In this document: piece by piece, positions 51,271 through 62,576 of the stretch
How positions within the stretch are numbered: position 1 is the first letter of the stretch
How the letters are laid out: the number at the start of each line of letters is the position of its first letter
Source of the DNA: a bacterium
GTDB taxonomy: Bacteria; UBA8248
Reading direction: 5' to 3'
Assembly (NCBI GenBank): GCA_965221165.1
Contig: CBDCRP010000002.1
Span: 64,001 to 128,000 of the forward strand
Length of the DNA: 64,000 bases
Made by a program: the position numbers and the translations under genes
Notes under the pieces: model-generated
Seen by the model: only the letters and a program-made list of their open reading frames with translations
What the model was told of the DNA's origin: nothing
Databases searched by the model: none

Positions 51271-51330
51271 AAGTGAAAAAAGGTGAAAAATAGGGAAAAT
51301 ATCTGAAAATAGGCGAAAAAAAATGAAAAT
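51271..51330. repeat. Six phased A-tracts with 10-bp period
   Basis: GAAAA at the same offset in six consecutive decamers. Confidence 0.75.
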
Positions 51331-51429
51331 TACCGTCGTATTATCTTCAATTCTTTCAATAGTTTACGTTTTTTGAGCGTTGTTTTTGGCCAAATTCAGG
51401 GCATAGGGGGGGGGGTAGCCGGCAAACCC

Positions 51430-52587
51430 CTATGCGGCGGGGTATTTCTCCACCAGGCGCCTTGCGATCACGATACGCTGAATGTCGTTCGTGCCCTCTC
51501 CCACCTGCAGGAGAATGGAGTCTCGATAATAGCGCTCGATCGGCAGTTCCTTGATGTAGCCGTATCCCCCGTGAATGTGCACGGCCGCCTCGGAGGCTCT
51601 CTGGCAAACATCCGTGGCGAAGAGCTTCGCCATGCCGGCCTCGAGGTCGCACCGCACCCCCTGGTCCTTCATGCGCGCCGCGCGGTAGGTGAGTTGTCTG
51701 GCCGCCTCCAGTGAGGTGGCCATGTCCGCAAGTTTTATCTGGATGGCCTGATGCTCGACAATGGGCTTGCCCATGCTCTTTCTCTGCTGCGCGTATTTGA
51801 GCGAATCCTCGAAACAGGCGGCATGAAGCCCCACAGCCCTAGCAGCCACCTGAATGCGTCCCAATTCCAGAGCCGCCATGAGTTGATGAAATCCCCTATT
51901 CTCTTCTCCTATCAAACAAGAGGTCGGAACCGGGCAGTCATCAAAAACCAGTTCTCCCGTTCGAAGGCCCTTATAGCCCATCTTGTCCAGATGTCGGCTT
52001 GCGCTGAAGCCGGGCAGATTCCTGTCCATCAGGATGCAGCTAATCCCCCGGGTGGGTTTTTCCGCCTTCGGGTTCGTGCGGGCCATGATGGCGAAATGTG
52101 TCGCGTTCTCGCTGTTGGTGATGAACATTTTAGAGCCGTTGACGACGTAGTCCTGCCCTTCGCGGCGGGCGGAAGTTCTCAGGGCCGCGACATCAGAGCC
52201 GCCATCCGCCTCGGTGATGCCGATGCCGAAACGCATTTTCCCTTCAGCCACTTCCGGGAGCCACTCCTGTCGCTGCTCGTCGTTGCCGAATTCGTTGATC
52301 ATCCATCCCACCATCGAATGACCGCCGAGCACGCCCGTCAAACTCATCCAGCCCCGCGCCAACTCTTCGGTCAAAACCGTAAAGCTCATCGCATCCATCT
52401 CACTGCCGCCATAGGACTCCGGCACGAGGGCGCCGAAATACCCCAGTTCCTTCATCCGATCGACCAGAGGATGGGGATACTCGTCTTTATGCTCATACTC
52501 GCTGGCGACGGGGATGACTTCCTGATTCACGAATTGTCGGACACTGCTTTGCAGCGCGGTTTGAAACTCACTCAACTGAACATCCAT
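51430..52587 (-). CDS. Acyl-CoA dehydrogenase
   Basis: ITEADGGSD, NGSKMFITN, IHGGYGY and EGTNDIQR. Confidence 0.93.
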   Translation of the reverse strand: MDVQLSEFQTALQSSVRQFVNQEVIPVASEYEHKDEYPHPLVDRMKELGYFGALVPESYGGSEMDAMSFTVLTEELARGWMSLTGVLGGHSMVGWMINEFGNDEQRQEWLPEVAEGKMRFGIGITEADGGSDVAALRTSARREGQDYVVNGSKMFITNSENATHFAIMARTNPKAEKPTRGISCILMDRNLPGFSASRHLDKMGYKGLRTGELVFDDCPVPTSCLIGEENRGFHQLMAALELGRIQVAARAVGLHAACFEDSLKYAQQRKSMGKPIVEHQAIQIKLADMATSLEAARQLTYRAARMKDQGVRCDLEAGMAKLFATDVCQRASEAAVHIHGGYGYIKELPIERYYRDSILLQVGEGTNDIQRIVIARRLVEKYPAA

Positions 52588-52631
52588 TGCTTGCTCCTAG
52601 AATCGCTTACGGTAGTGATTTACATTCATAC

Positions 52632-52973
52632 TCAACCGAACAACGAAAGCCCACTCAGACCCTCGGGTATCAAAAGCCGCTCCACGGGCTCGCCATTTTC
52701 CAAATGTTTTTCCACGATATCTTGGGCATCCTCCGGCCTCACGCCGCCATACCAGACATTATCGGGCATCACGCAAACAACTGGCCCGTTCTCGCAAACA
52801 TCCATGCAGCTCGTCGCGAGTATGCGCGCCCGGCCTTTGAGGTTTTTTTCCTCCAAAAGGGATTTCATCCGCTCACGGACTTCCACAGAGCCGCAATTGG
52901 CGCAACTTCCCTTGGAATGGTCCGCCGCACGTTCGTTCGTGCATACCAAAACATAGCGCTTTTCCCTGAACAT
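52632..52973 (-). CDS. Thioredoxin-like [2Fe-2S] ferredoxin
   Basis: VCTN..SC..SCMDVCENGP..PDNVWY. Confidence 0.88.
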   Translation of the reverse strand: MFREKRYVLVCTNERAADHSKGSCANCGSVEVRERMKSLLEEKNLKGRARILATSCMDVCENGPVVCVMPDNVWYGGVRPEDAQDIVEKHLENGEPVERLLIPEGLSGLSLFG

Positions 52974-53192
52974 CTCGTCTACCCCGGGGCTTGATGATGA
53001 AACGGATATCCCATGTTTCCGATGGCTGCACCAAATTACTCATCACTTTCTTTTGGACGCCGTATGGAAGCTAGCACTTATAAAGCGTCCGTTCAATCGG
53101 AATATCCTTTTCCTTTGTTTGTATTGAAGGCGGAAAACAGCATAATATATTGTTGCTGTTGGTCTATGTCTTCTCTTTAACGGGAAAATGCT

Positions 53193-53969
53193 ATGTCCCT
53201 CGAACCACCTGAAAATCGACCCAAGCGCGTCTTGTTTTTCGCCACATGCCTGGTGGATCAGTTCTTCCCCGAAGTCGGCGAGGCCACTGTTCATTTGCTC
53301 GAGAGTGCCGATATTGAAGTAATTTACCCAGAAGGGCTTACCTGTTGCGGACTTCCACACTTCAACAACGGCTTCAGGGCGGAAGCACGAAAAACTCTCG
53401 AAACCCAGTTGCATCTGCTGGAGGGCGACATTCCGATTATTGCTCCCTCGGGCTCTTGCGGCTGGATGCTCAAATGCGTTTTGCCTACCTTGTTTACGGA
53501 CGACCCGTGGGCGCGGGAAAGAGCCGCGCAAATCGCCGGGCGGGTAATCGAGTTATCCCAATTCCTGTGCAAGATAAATATGAATGATTTCGGCGCCACG
53601 CTTCCCGGGAAAACGGTGTATCACGATTCGTGTCACCTTCTCCGCGGAATGGGAGAAAATCAAACCCCCCGGCAATGTCTCGATCACGTGGCGGAAAACC
53701 GGGAAGAATTGCCCAATTCTGACCGTTGCTGTGGGTTCGGCGGCTCGTTTTGCGTCAAATTTCCAGAAGTCTCGTGCGCGATGCTTGAAGACAAGATCAA
53801 GTCCGCCGAAACAACCGACGCTAATTGGCTCGTGGCAGCCGATGCCGGGTGTATGCTCCAAATAGCGGGCGGATTGTCCAGGCGCGACAGCAAAATCAAA
53901 CTCCTTCACCTTGCCCAGGCCCTCGCCGGACCGAACAACCCGGGCTGGCCCGAGGGATACCGGCTTTGA
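53193..53969 (+). CDS. lutA: LutA/YkgE CCG-domain protein
   Basis: TCLVD, TCCG, SGSC, YHDSCH and CCGFGG. Confidence 0.88.
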   Translation: MSLEPPENRPKRVLFFATCLVDQFFPEVGEATVHLLESADIEVIYPEGLTCCGLPHFNNGFRAEARKTLETQLHLLEGDIPIIAPSGSCGWMLKCVLPTLFTDDPWARERAAQIAGRVIELSQFLCKINMNDFGATLPGKTVYHDSCHLLRGMGENQTPRQCLDHVAENREELPNSDRCCGFGGSFCVKFPEVSCAMLEDKIKSAETTDANWLVAADAGCMLQIAGGLSRRDSKIKLLHLAQALAGPNNPGWPEGYRL

Positions 53970-56083
53970 ATACAACCTTTAATAAGCGCGCAAATTCCGC
54001 CTTGGTGAATATCCCTCTGCAAGAAGCTCTTCAAGCGGCTACGGGCAAATTCGCCAGCCAGCGCGCCCAGGCCTTCGAGTCGACTGCCGCTCCGCTCGCC
54101 TTGCGGGCGAAGGCGAGAGAAATTCGAAGGAAAACATTTGATGAGATCGATATACACCTGGAAACCTTGTTCAAAAACCTGGAAAACCTAGGTGTGCATA
54201 TCCATCCGGCAAGCGATGCAGATTCCGCAAAGCGAATCGTTCTGGACATCGCCCGCAGACACGGGGTCAAGACAGTCGTCAAGAGCAAATCCATGGCGTC
54301 CGAGGAGATTCACCTGAATCAGGCACTGGAGGCGGCCGGCATCACCCCATACGAAACGGACCTTGGCGAATGGATACTTCAACTGGCCAACGAAACGCCA
54401 AGCCACCTAGTGGCGCCGGCCATTCACAAAACATTAAAACAAGTCCAAGACCTTTTTCGCGAAAAAGTAGACCCCGCCTCCGGATCGGACCCCCAGGAAC
54501 TCACATCAATCGCCCGAGAGAAGCTCAGAACGGAATTCATGCGCGCGGGCATGGGCATCAGCGGCGTGAATTTCGCCGTGGCCGAAACCGGAACGCTTTG
54601 TCTCGTAACAAACGAGGGAAACGGGCGACTCGTCACGACCCTACCCAAAGTCCACGTCGCCATTATGGGGTTCGAAAAAGTGGTGCCCACGCTACGGGAC
54701 ACGCTTACGCTCCTCTCCGTACTCCCCCGCAGCGCAACGGGTCAAAAACTCACCAGCTATTTCACCATGCTCACCGGGCCGAGGAGAGAAAACGAGGCGG
54801 ACGGACCCGATGAGGTTCACCTCGTGCTCCTCGATGGAGGACGCTCCAGGCATCTCGGCACGCCATTTCAGGAAGCATTTCATTGTATCCGCTGCGGAGC
54901 TTGTCAAAACGCCTGCCCTGTCTTCCAGACGGTCGGCGGCCATACATACGACTCAGTATACGGCGGACCAATCGGTTCGATCTTGAGTCCCATGCTCCGC
55001 GGCCTCGAAGTCTCCGGAGAGCTCCCCGCGGCATCGAGTCTATGCGGCGCCTGTATGGACGCCTGTCCCGTTTTTGTTGACATTCCTCGCATGTTGCTGG
55101 AGATGAGAGAAGCAAGAACGGCCAAGAAAAATAACGCGGTTTTGGAGAGATTCTCATTCCGAGTACTTGGCATGGCGATGCAGAAAGCTTTCATTTGGGA
55201 GATGGGATTCAAGGCCGCATCCGTATTTTCCAGATTTTTAAACACCAAAACAGCCGCCCGCCTACCGGGGCCTCTGAGCGCCTGGGCACAGGGACGGGAC
55301 CTCCCCAAAATTGCGAAAAAAAGTTTTCGAGCGCGCTGGCGGGAGCAAAAACGAGGGGTCACCGGTTCGTCTACAACGGTTCCTGACATATCGCGAACGG
55401 ACAGCCCGGATGCGATAGTCGAAAAAACCCATCATGCCCTGGAGTCGGCCCACGGATTGTCGCACGGGAGCTTTGAAGCTCCCGAGGGCCCATTGCCGGA
55501 AATCACCGTCCCGGACACCGCCGCTCGTTTCTCCACGGAGTTTGAAGCGATAGCGAATCCCGTTTATCACCCGAATTCCATGGAGGACGTTCGAGAATAT
55601 GTCCTCAATCTGGCGGCCAAGTGGAAAGAATATCCTGTAGCCATTAGTGATGGCCTTCCAAGTGAAGTAGCGGGCTGGCTTATGGATGAAGGTTTTGACG
55701 TGATTTCCCCGTCGAATGACGGAGATAACCGCAATGCGATTGCCCAGTGCGGTGTTGGAATCACAGGTTGCGATTGGGCCATTGCGGAAACGGGCAGCAT
55801 TGTCTTACGGAGCGGGCCGGGCCATCCGCGTCTTCATTCCCTGCTACCAGAAATTCATTTAGCCCTCATTCCTGAAAATAATATATTACCGCATATTTCC
55901 TCGTTAGGCCCTAAACTCGAAAGCGTCCTTACGCAGGAAGCCACTACACCTAGTTGCGTCAATGTCATCACGGGCCCTAGTCGCTCGGCTGACATAGCCC
56001 TCACGCTCATCAAAGGCGTACATGGCCCGCGCGATGTTTTCGCGATCATTATTCCCACCGCCCTCATCGCAGGGGCTTCGTAG
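53966..56083 (+). CDS. lutB: LutB-LutC fusion (lactate-utilisation Fe-S/LUD protein)
   Basis: VKSKSM.SEE, ETDLGE, NEGNGR and CIRCGAC, followed by a LutC-like AETGS..ITGPSRSADI..GVHGP; the TTG start overlaps the lutA stop. Confidence 0.85.
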   Translation: MNTTFNKRANSALVNIPLQEALQAATGKFASQRAQAFESTAAPLALRAKAREIRRKTFDEIDIHLETLFKNLENLGVHIHPASDADSAKRIVLDIARRHGVKTVVKSKSMASEEIHLNQALEAAGITPYETDLGEWILQLANETPSHLVAPAIHKTLKQVQDLFREKVDPASGSDPQELTSIAREKLRTEFMRAGMGISGVNFAVAETGTLCLVTNEGNGRLVTTLPKVHVAIMGFEKVVPTLRDTLTLLSVLPRSATGQKLTSYFTMLTGPRRENEADGPDEVHLVLLDGGRSRHLGTPFQEAFHCIRCGACQNACPVFQTVGGHTYDSVYGGPIGSILSPMLRGLEVSGELPAASSLCGACMDACPVFVDIPRMLLEMREARTAKKNNAVLERFSFRVLGMAMQKAFIWEMGFKAASVFSRFLNTKTAARLPGPLSAWAQGRDLPKIAKKSFRARWREQKRGVTGSSTTVPDISRTDSPDAIVEKTHHALESAHGLSHGSFEAPEGPLPEITVPDTAARFSTEFEAIANPVYHPNSMEDVREYVLNLAAKWKEYPVAISDGLPSEVAGWLMDEGFDVISPSNDGDNRNAIAQCGVGITGCDWAIAETGSIVLRSGPGHPRLHSLLPEIHLALIPENNILPHISSLGPKLESVLTQEATTPSCVNVITGPSRSADIALTLIKGVHGPRDVFAIIIPTALIAGAS

Positions 56084-56155
56084 AACGCACCACTTTGACA
56101 GAAGACGAGACAGGATTTACTGCAAGAAATTGAATTGCCCGTTTCGATACGAATC

Positions 56156-56195
56156 ATAAAACCCTTCGATCAAATATACACTCGAGGGGTTTTAT
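56156..56195. terminator. Bidirectional intrinsic terminator
   Basis: ATAAAACCCTTCGA..TCGAGGGGTTTTAT between convergent genes. Confidence 0.7.
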
Positions 56196-56228
56196 CACTT
56201 GCTCTTTCAGAACCAGTGATGACAATAC

Positions 56229-57641
56229 TTAGATGTCATAATAGAGAGTAAATTCGTGTGGGTGCGGACGCAGGCGAATCGCATCCACCTCCTCAATGCG
56301 CTTGTATTCGACCCAGTTGTCTATGACATCCTTCGTAAACACATCGCCTTTTAGCAAGAACTCGTTGTCCGCTTCAAGCGCGTCCAATGCCTCGGGCAGG
56401 CTACCAGGTGTTTGCGCCACACCGCTACGCTCCTCGGGTCCGAGATCATAGAGGTTCTTGTCGATAGGCTCGGGCGGCATAATTTTATTCTGTATGCCGT
56501 CCAGGCCGGCCATCAGCATCGCGGAGAAGGCCATATAGGGGTTGCATGAGGGATCCGGGCAGCGGAACTCGACCCTCTTGGCCTTCTCGCTCGAAGAATA
56601 CATCGGAATGCGCACGCATGCGCTTCTGTTGCGGCAGCTATACATCAAGTTGATAGGCGCCTCATAGCCCGGCACCAGACGGCGATAGCTGTTCGTCGTC
56701 GGGTTGGTGAAAGCCAACAGTGCAGGCGCATGCTTCAACAAGCCACCGATGTAGTACAGCGCATCCGGGCTCAGGTCTCCATAGGTTCCCGCGCGATACA
56801 TGATATTCGTGTCGCCCTTCCAGACGCTCTGGTGGACGTGCATCCCGGTTCCGTTGTCAAGAAATACAGGTTTCGGCATAAAAGTCGCCGTCTTGCCGTG
56901 TTTTCTGGCGACGTTCTTGACGATGTATTTATACTTCATCAGTTTATCCGCCGTTGTCACCAGGGTATCGAATCGAATATCGATTTCACACTGCCCGGCG
57001 GAGGCCACTTCATGATGGTGCACTTCACACTCGACCCCACAAGCCAGCATTTCCAGCATCATTTCCGAACGAACGTCCTGGAGCGTATCGTTGGGCGGCA
57101 CGGGGAAATAGCCTTCTTTGTAGCGGTTTTTGTGGCCGAGGTTGGGATCTTCATTGGCGCCCGTATTCCAAGCCGCCTCCACTGAATCAACCTCGTAGAA
57201 GGCATGATTTTCCGAACCTGAATAGCGCACGTCGTCGAACACGAAAAACTCGGCTTCGGGGCCAAAATAGGCGACATCCCCTATGCCTGTAGATTTCATG
57301 TATTGTTCCGCTTTAATAGCGATGTGACGAGGGTCGCGTTCATAAAGCTCCAGCGTAACAGGATCCTTGATGTCACAGATGAGAACCAGGGTCGGAATTT
57401 TCATGAATGGATCCATGAACGCGGTCGTTGGATCCGGAATGAGAAGCATGTCGCTCTGATCGATACTTTGAAATCCCCGAATGCTCGAGCCGTCGAAACC
57501 GACGCCTTCCTCGAAAGTATCCTCCTCAAGTGTGTCAATATGTGCAGAAAAATGCTGCCACATACCAGGCATGTCAATGAAACGATAATCAACCATCTTG
57601 GCGCCACTTTCCTTAGCCAACTTCATGACATCTGCAACCAT
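56229..57641 (-). CDS. glnA: Glutamine synthetase type I
   Basis: [27 protein letters not shown] and adenylylation site NLYDL. Confidence 0.97.
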   Translation of the reverse strand: MVADVMKLAKESGAKMVDYRFIDMPGMWQHFSAHIDTLEEDTFEEGVGFDGSSIRGFQSIDQSDMLLIPDPTTAFMDPFMKIPTLVLICDIKDPVTLELYERDPRHIAIKAEQYMKSTGIGDVAYFGPEAEFFVFDDVRYSGSENHAFYEVDSVEAAWNTGANEDPNLGHKNRYKEGYFPVPPNDTLQDVRSEMMLEMLACGVECEVHHHEVASAGQCEIDIRFDTLVTTADKLMKYKYIVKNVARKHGKTATFMPKPVFLDNGTGMHVHQSVWKGDTNIMYRAGTYGDLSPDALYYIGGLLKHAPALLAFTNPTTNSYRRLVPGYEAPINLMYSCRNRSACVRIPMYSSSEKAKRVEFRCPDPSCNPYMAFSAMLMAGLDGIQNKIMPPEPIDKNLYDLGPEERSGVAQTPGSLPEALDALEADNEFLLKGDVFTKDVIDNWVEYKRIEEVDAIRLRPHPHEFTLYYDI

Positions 57642-57722
57642 CTGTTACACCTCCATACGAAATTGCGGTTTTGCGGGAAATTATCGACACAAAACCTGGA
57701 TTTGTTCAGCCCTTTAGGCTTG

Positions 57723-60464
57723 TTATGAAACGATAGCTCCAATCGGGCGCCCTTCTTCAAGAATCTCACTCAAATGAGTACACAACTCCTTGAGTCTCGT
57801 TGTATCCTTGATTTTTTCACCATTGTCATCCGTAATATAGAAAGCATCCACCGCGCATTGGCCCTCAGTGGTAATTTTGGCCCTGGAAATGGATATCCCC
57901 TCATGCGAGAAGAATTGCGCAATTTGAGCCAGAAGGCCATGTCGATCTGGCGCAACGACTTCGAGAATTGTCGCGTCTTCACTCGCCGTCTGGTCGAATT
58001 CCACTAGTATCGGCAGATCAAACGACATCCGCTTCTTCAGCCGCAAATATTTTTTGCTCCTTCTTAAAAATTCCGATAATTCCAATTCGCCCGACATCAA
58101 TTCCTCCAGCGATTTCCGGAATTTTTTCCAAAGACTTTCATTGACAACGGCCTTCCCTTCAGAATCCACCACCTGGAAAGTATCTATTACCAAACCATCT
58201 TCTCGTGTATATACTTTCGCGTCCAAAATATTGAGTTCGTACACCGCAAATGCACCAGCGACAAGTGCGAACAACCCAAGTTGATCTTTGCATAACAATG
58301 TCAAAAGTGTATTTCCCCGTCTTCTGCGATGCGTGATATCGATCTCGCAAATCACCTCATCCGACAGGCGGGCTCCAAGCTCAATATGACGCAGGATGTC
58401 TTGCGGCGGCGTTCCACTACGATATCTATCCGGCATGGATTCCATATGTTTAGCGATTTCCTCACACCCTATCCGGCTTCCTCCTGCCCTCGCTTCCAGA
58501 CTGACCTGCTCTACGATATCTTCCCTGCGCTTTTTCCTATATAAATCCTCTCCCGTTTCCATCACTCTGAGGACTCGTTTGTATAATTCATTTATCAACG
58601 CGCTCCGCCATTCATTCCACATGCCGGGGGCAACGGCGGATATGTCCGCGTATGTTAGGAGATAAAGCATTTGGAGTCTTTCCACCGTTCCCATTTTATC
58701 AGCGAAGTTGCTTATCAGGAGGGGATCGTCGATATCTCGTCTTTCGGCCGTGACGCTCATTTCGATATGGCAAGCCACCAGAAATTCAATAATGCTACCC
58801 TGGTCCACTGGCAAGCCCATACGCATGATAATATCGGGAAGCGCAGAAGCGCTCTTATGTACATGCCTTGGGCCCCTCGCTTTTCCAATATCGTGAAACA
58901 AAAGCGCGAGACGCAATATATTCGTACGTTCCATCTCTCTGTGTATATGGGCAACGTGCTGCAAAGACATATCTTTAGTATACGTCAGTTCATCCAACGC
59001 CATTAAAGTCAACAAAGTATGTTCATCTGCCGTATATCGATGGTAATGATCGTACTGAACAAAGCATGTCAAGGGTTCGAATTCAGGAATATAACGTCCC
59101 AACATACCTAGGCCGTGCATTTCGTGCATCGTCGTTGTCACACCGGCTTTGCCACTCAATATCCGCAAGAAGCTATCCCGCACATCTGGCGAAGTGCGAA
59201 AATTGTCATCTACAGAATCTAAATGAGCGCGAACGAAGTTTCTTACATTCGGCGATAAGCGGCACCCGAAGCGATATTGACACTCGAATATCCTCATCAA
59301 ACCTGTTGGATTTTCAAGCACTGCGCGAGAATTGGACTCATCCAGTACGAGCGTGTGGTAGTCTTGCAAAGCCAACCCATCTCCCAAGGGTTGGAGTTTC
59401 GGTTTTTTGTTGACCCATCGCCTACTCTTCAAATGTTCTTCCAAAGTTTCAAAAAAATCGCGGCAGAAAATATGTAAATTTCTCGCATGCAAGAAGTAAT
59501 CGCGCATCAAACATTCACTGGCTAATGCGCTTTCTTCGTTTTCATAACCCAATGCAGGAGCGATCTCCACTTGAGCCGGAAAATTAAGCATATCGTTTTT
59601 AGCTTTCGCACGTATATGAAGTTGTGCACGTATGCGAAGAAGAAAGTCATACGCTTTCGCTGCTTTTTGAAACTCTCCTTGCGGTACCCAACCTTTCCGC
59701 CACATCTCTTCCATTTTCTTCATGCCGAAGGCCTTGGCCAACCAGCAAACAGCATGAAAGTCCCGCAACCCGCCTGCACTTTCTTTCACGTTCGGTTCAA
59801 GGACATAGACAGATGGATCCCATGACCGATATCGCCTCATCCGTTCTTCGAGTCTATTTCGAAGATGGGAACTTTTAGCAACCCGCTGGATATACCCATC
59901 GAATTTCTTATTGAAATCACGAAAAACTTCTTCACTCCCCGCCAATAATCGATTTTCCAACATAGCGGTTTCGCTTTGGTAATCTTCCTTGGCGATTTTC
60001 AGACAATTAGAAATGGTCCTCGCGCTATGACCTATCGTAAGACCCGCATCCCACATAAGATACAGGATGGAGCGTATCAATTCGCTAATTTGCCCCTCAT
60101 GTCCCGAGAACAAAAACAACAGATCAATATCTGAACCGGGAGACAATTCCCCTCGTCCATATCCACCAATGGCAACTAGGGCACATGGAAATGCCTGATC
60201 GGAATTAGCAGCTTTCTTTCTTTCTCCTTCTAAAGCGTATGCGTAGATTTGAGCGATATACGCATCCATAAAATTCGCACGCGCTTTACATAACTCAAAC
60301 CCGCCTGCACCTTCATTCTGCGCGTTGCATATATGCTCGCTAGCTTGTGCGTAAGCCTCTTTTACATAGCGGAGAAAAACGCTTCGCTCCCAACTGCCGA
60401 CCGCAAGGGTCGTTTCCCGAATATCGTTTTGAAGTTTTGATAAATGCTCGAGAGATGGCGTCAT
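57723..60464 (-). CDS. glnD: [Protein-PII] uridylyltransferase
   Basis: AIGGYGRGELSPGSDIDL, EPNVKESAGGLRD, YHRYTADEH, HDIGK and two ACT domains. Confidence 0.95.
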   Translation of the reverse strand: MTPSLEHLSKLQNDIRETTLAVGSWERSVFLRYVKEAYAQASEHICNAQNEGAGGFELCKARANFMDAYIAQIYAYALEGERKKAANSDQAFPCALVAIGGYGRGELSPGSDIDLLFLFSGHEGQISELIRSILYLMWDAGLTIGHSARTISNCLKIAKEDYQSETAMLENRLLAGSEEVFRDFNKKFDGYIQRVAKSSHLRNRLEERMRRYRSWDPSVYVLEPNVKESAGGLRDFHAVCWLAKAFGMKKMEEMWRKGWVPQGEFQKAAKAYDFLLRIRAQLHIRAKAKNDMLNFPAQVEIAPALGYENEESALASECLMRDYFLHARNLHIFCRDFFETLEEHLKSRRWVNKKPKLQPLGDGLALQDYHTLVLDESNSRAVLENPTGLMRIFECQYRFGCRLSPNVRNFVRAHLDSVDDNFRTSPDVRDSFLRILSGKAGVTTTMHEMHGLGMLGRYIPEFEPLTCFVQYDHYHRYTADEHTLLTLMALDELTYTKDMSLQHVAHIHREMERTNILRLALLFHDIGKARGPRHVHKSASALPDIIMRMGLPVDQGSIIEFLVACHIEMSVTAERRDIDDPLLISNFADKMGTVERLQMLYLLTYADISAVAPGMWNEWRSALINELYKRVLRVMETGEDLYRKKRREDIVEQVSLEARAGGSRIGCEEIAKHMESMPDRYRSGTPPQDILRHIELGARLSDEVICEIDITHRRRRGNTLLTLLCKDQLGLFALVAGAFAVYELNILDAKVYTREDGLVIDTFQVVDSEGKAVVNESLWKKFRKSLEELMSGELELSEFLRRSKKYLRLKKRMSFDLPILVEFDQTASEDATILEVVAPDRHGLLAQIAQFFSHEGISISRAKITTEGQCAVDAFYITDDNGEKIKDTTRLKELCTHLSEILEEGRPIGAIVS

Positions 60465-60476
60465 AGGAAGATATCG

Positions 60477-60833
<357 letters not shown>

Positions 60834-60868
60834 TCAAGTGAAAGTTCCAATGGGATGGTTTTGCATCG

Positions 60869-60896
60869 ACTATAACACGCAAAGGTTGGTCGTCAA
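60869..60896 (-). promoter_or_regulatory. Putative sigma70 promoter of glnB
   Basis: TTGACG-16 nt-TATAGT with TGn extension on the minus strand. Confidence 0.5.
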
Positions 60897-60995
60897 TCAA
60901 TAACCCCAAATGAACAACCGCTCCCTACCCTCTAAAATGATGTATCTACACCAACTATGTTTCCATGGTGTTACATGATAGGTACCAACAATTTT

Positions 60996-62407
60996 GGTAA
61001 AGTCCTAAACTTGCTGGAAACTTAAAAAGGGGTGCATCCTCGGCAGAGGAACCACAAAACCGTGCCGGTGAGCGCCGGCATCCAACCGAGGAGGCACCCC
61101 ATGCAGAAGAGAATACAAGCATCGATGCACACTCGCCAAGCCCTTTCCGCCCTGATCGAAGGTCGCCTGTCGAGTCCCGATGCGCGAGCCGACCTGATCA
61201 AACTGGCCACGCGACTCATCGTCGAAGAGGCGCTGGAAGCGGAGAGCCGCGACGTTCTGGGCCGGGAATACTACGAACACGGAGCGAAGCCCGGCCAGGG
61301 CTACCGCAACGGGCGCCGTCGGGGTCGTCTGAAGACGGCGGAAGGGTTCATCGAGTATGCGGCCCCGCAGATTGCCGGGCGCGAGGAAGGATTCCGCTCG
61401 GATATCCGGGAGGGCCTCAAGGGGCGCACGGAGGCGCTCGAGGGGTTGGCGGTGGAGCTATTGGCGCGCGGCCTGTCGGTGCGCGACATCGAAGACGTCT
61501 TCACCGACGAGAGCGGTCGTTTTCTGCTCTCACGCACGGCGGTCTCGGAGCTCGGGGACCGACTCTGGGAAGACTATCAGGAGTTTGCGTCGCGGGACCT
61601 GGGCGAGCACGACATCGTCTATCTGTTCATCGACGGGATTGCCGAACGGATCCGCCCGGGGAGCAAGCGCGAGCCGGTATTGGCGGCCTGGGGATTCACG
61701 GCGAACGGCGCAAAGGTCCTGCTGCACCTGATGGCGGGGTCGAAGGAGGACGCCGAGACGGTGAGCGCGTTCTTCCACGACATGCGCGCCCGCGGCCTGG
61801 GCGACCCGCTGCTGGTGGTCAGCGACGGGGCGCCCGGCATCATCAAAGCGATCGAGACCTGCTTCCCGCGCTCGGAACGACAACGCTGCCTCGCGCACCG
61901 GATGAGGAACCTCGCGGCCAAGGCGCCCGAGGACCTATGGCCCGAGTTCAAGGCGCGGGCCACGGCGGCCTACCAGGCCCCCTCGCGCGCCATCGCACGA
62001 GAACTGGCCGAGGGACTCGCCAGGGACTACGAGTCCGAACTGCCCGGCGCCGTGGCGTGCTTCCGCGACGACTTCGAAGCCTGCATCGCGCACCTGCGGG
62101 CGCCGGTCAACCACCGCCGAGCCGTGCGCACCACGAACCTGCTGGAGCGCTTGTTCGTCGAGGAGCGCCGGCGGATGAAGATCATCCCCAACGCCTTCGA
62201 TGAGAAGCCGGTGCTCAAGCTCATGTTCGCCGCCATGATCCGGGCCGCCGAGCGATGGCGGGCGCTCAAGGTCACCGGCTTCGAGCGACGCCAGATGGAC
62301 GCCCTGAGACGGGAACTGGACCAGAACTACGAGGCGGAAAACGACATCAGGAAACCCTCAGCCGATATGCGCCAGAAGAAATTATCCAGCATTTACAGGA
62401 CTTGACC
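60996..62407 (+). mobile_element. IS256-family insertion sequence
   Basis: Imperfect ~28-bp TIRs (GGTAAAGTCCT..TGCTGGA / TCCAGCA..AGGACTTGACC); 9-bp TSD AACAATTTT at 60987-60995 and 62408-62416; GC much higher than the flanks. Confidence 0.93.
61101..62405 (+). CDS. IS256-family (mutator) transposase
   Basis: YRNG, GLSVRDI, YLFIDG, VSDG, QRCLAH and RTTNLLER; GAGGAGG RBS. Confidence 0.93.
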   Translation: MQKRIQASMHTRQALSALIEGRLSSPDARADLIKLATRLIVEEALEAESRDVLGREYYEHGAKPGQGYRNGRRRGRLKTAEGFIEYAAPQIAGREEGFRSDIREGLKGRTEALEGLAVELLARGLSVRDIEDVFTDESGRFLLSRTAVSELGDRLWEDYQEFASRDLGEHDIVYLFIDGIAERIRPGSKREPVLAAWGFTANGAKVLLHLMAGSKEDAETVSAFFHDMRARGLGDPLLVVSDGAPGIIKAIETCFPRSERQRCLAHRMRNLAAKAPEDLWPEFKARATAAYQAPSRAIARELAEGLARDYESELPGAVACFRDDFEACIAHLRAPVNHRRAVRTTNLLERLFVEERRRMKIIPNAFDEKPVLKLMFAAMIRAAERWRALKVTGFERRQMDALRRELDQNYEAENDIRKPSADMRQKKLSSIYRT

Positions 62408-62576
62408 AACAATTTTAGATACTTCATGAAACTCCCGGTATTTACCCGAATCGCAGCGTCGGGAGATTGCATCATGTACGGCTTTTCCATACACTTCTGC
62501 CACTTTTTACGAAACCTGTAGTATATTAGTTAGTTTGAAGATGTTTTATTCATTTAAAGTGAGGATAGGCCAAGCC

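Noticed and set aside
51406-51415. G10 tract as a phase-variation switch
   Set aside because: It lies downstream of convergent genes, not in a CDS or an evident promoter
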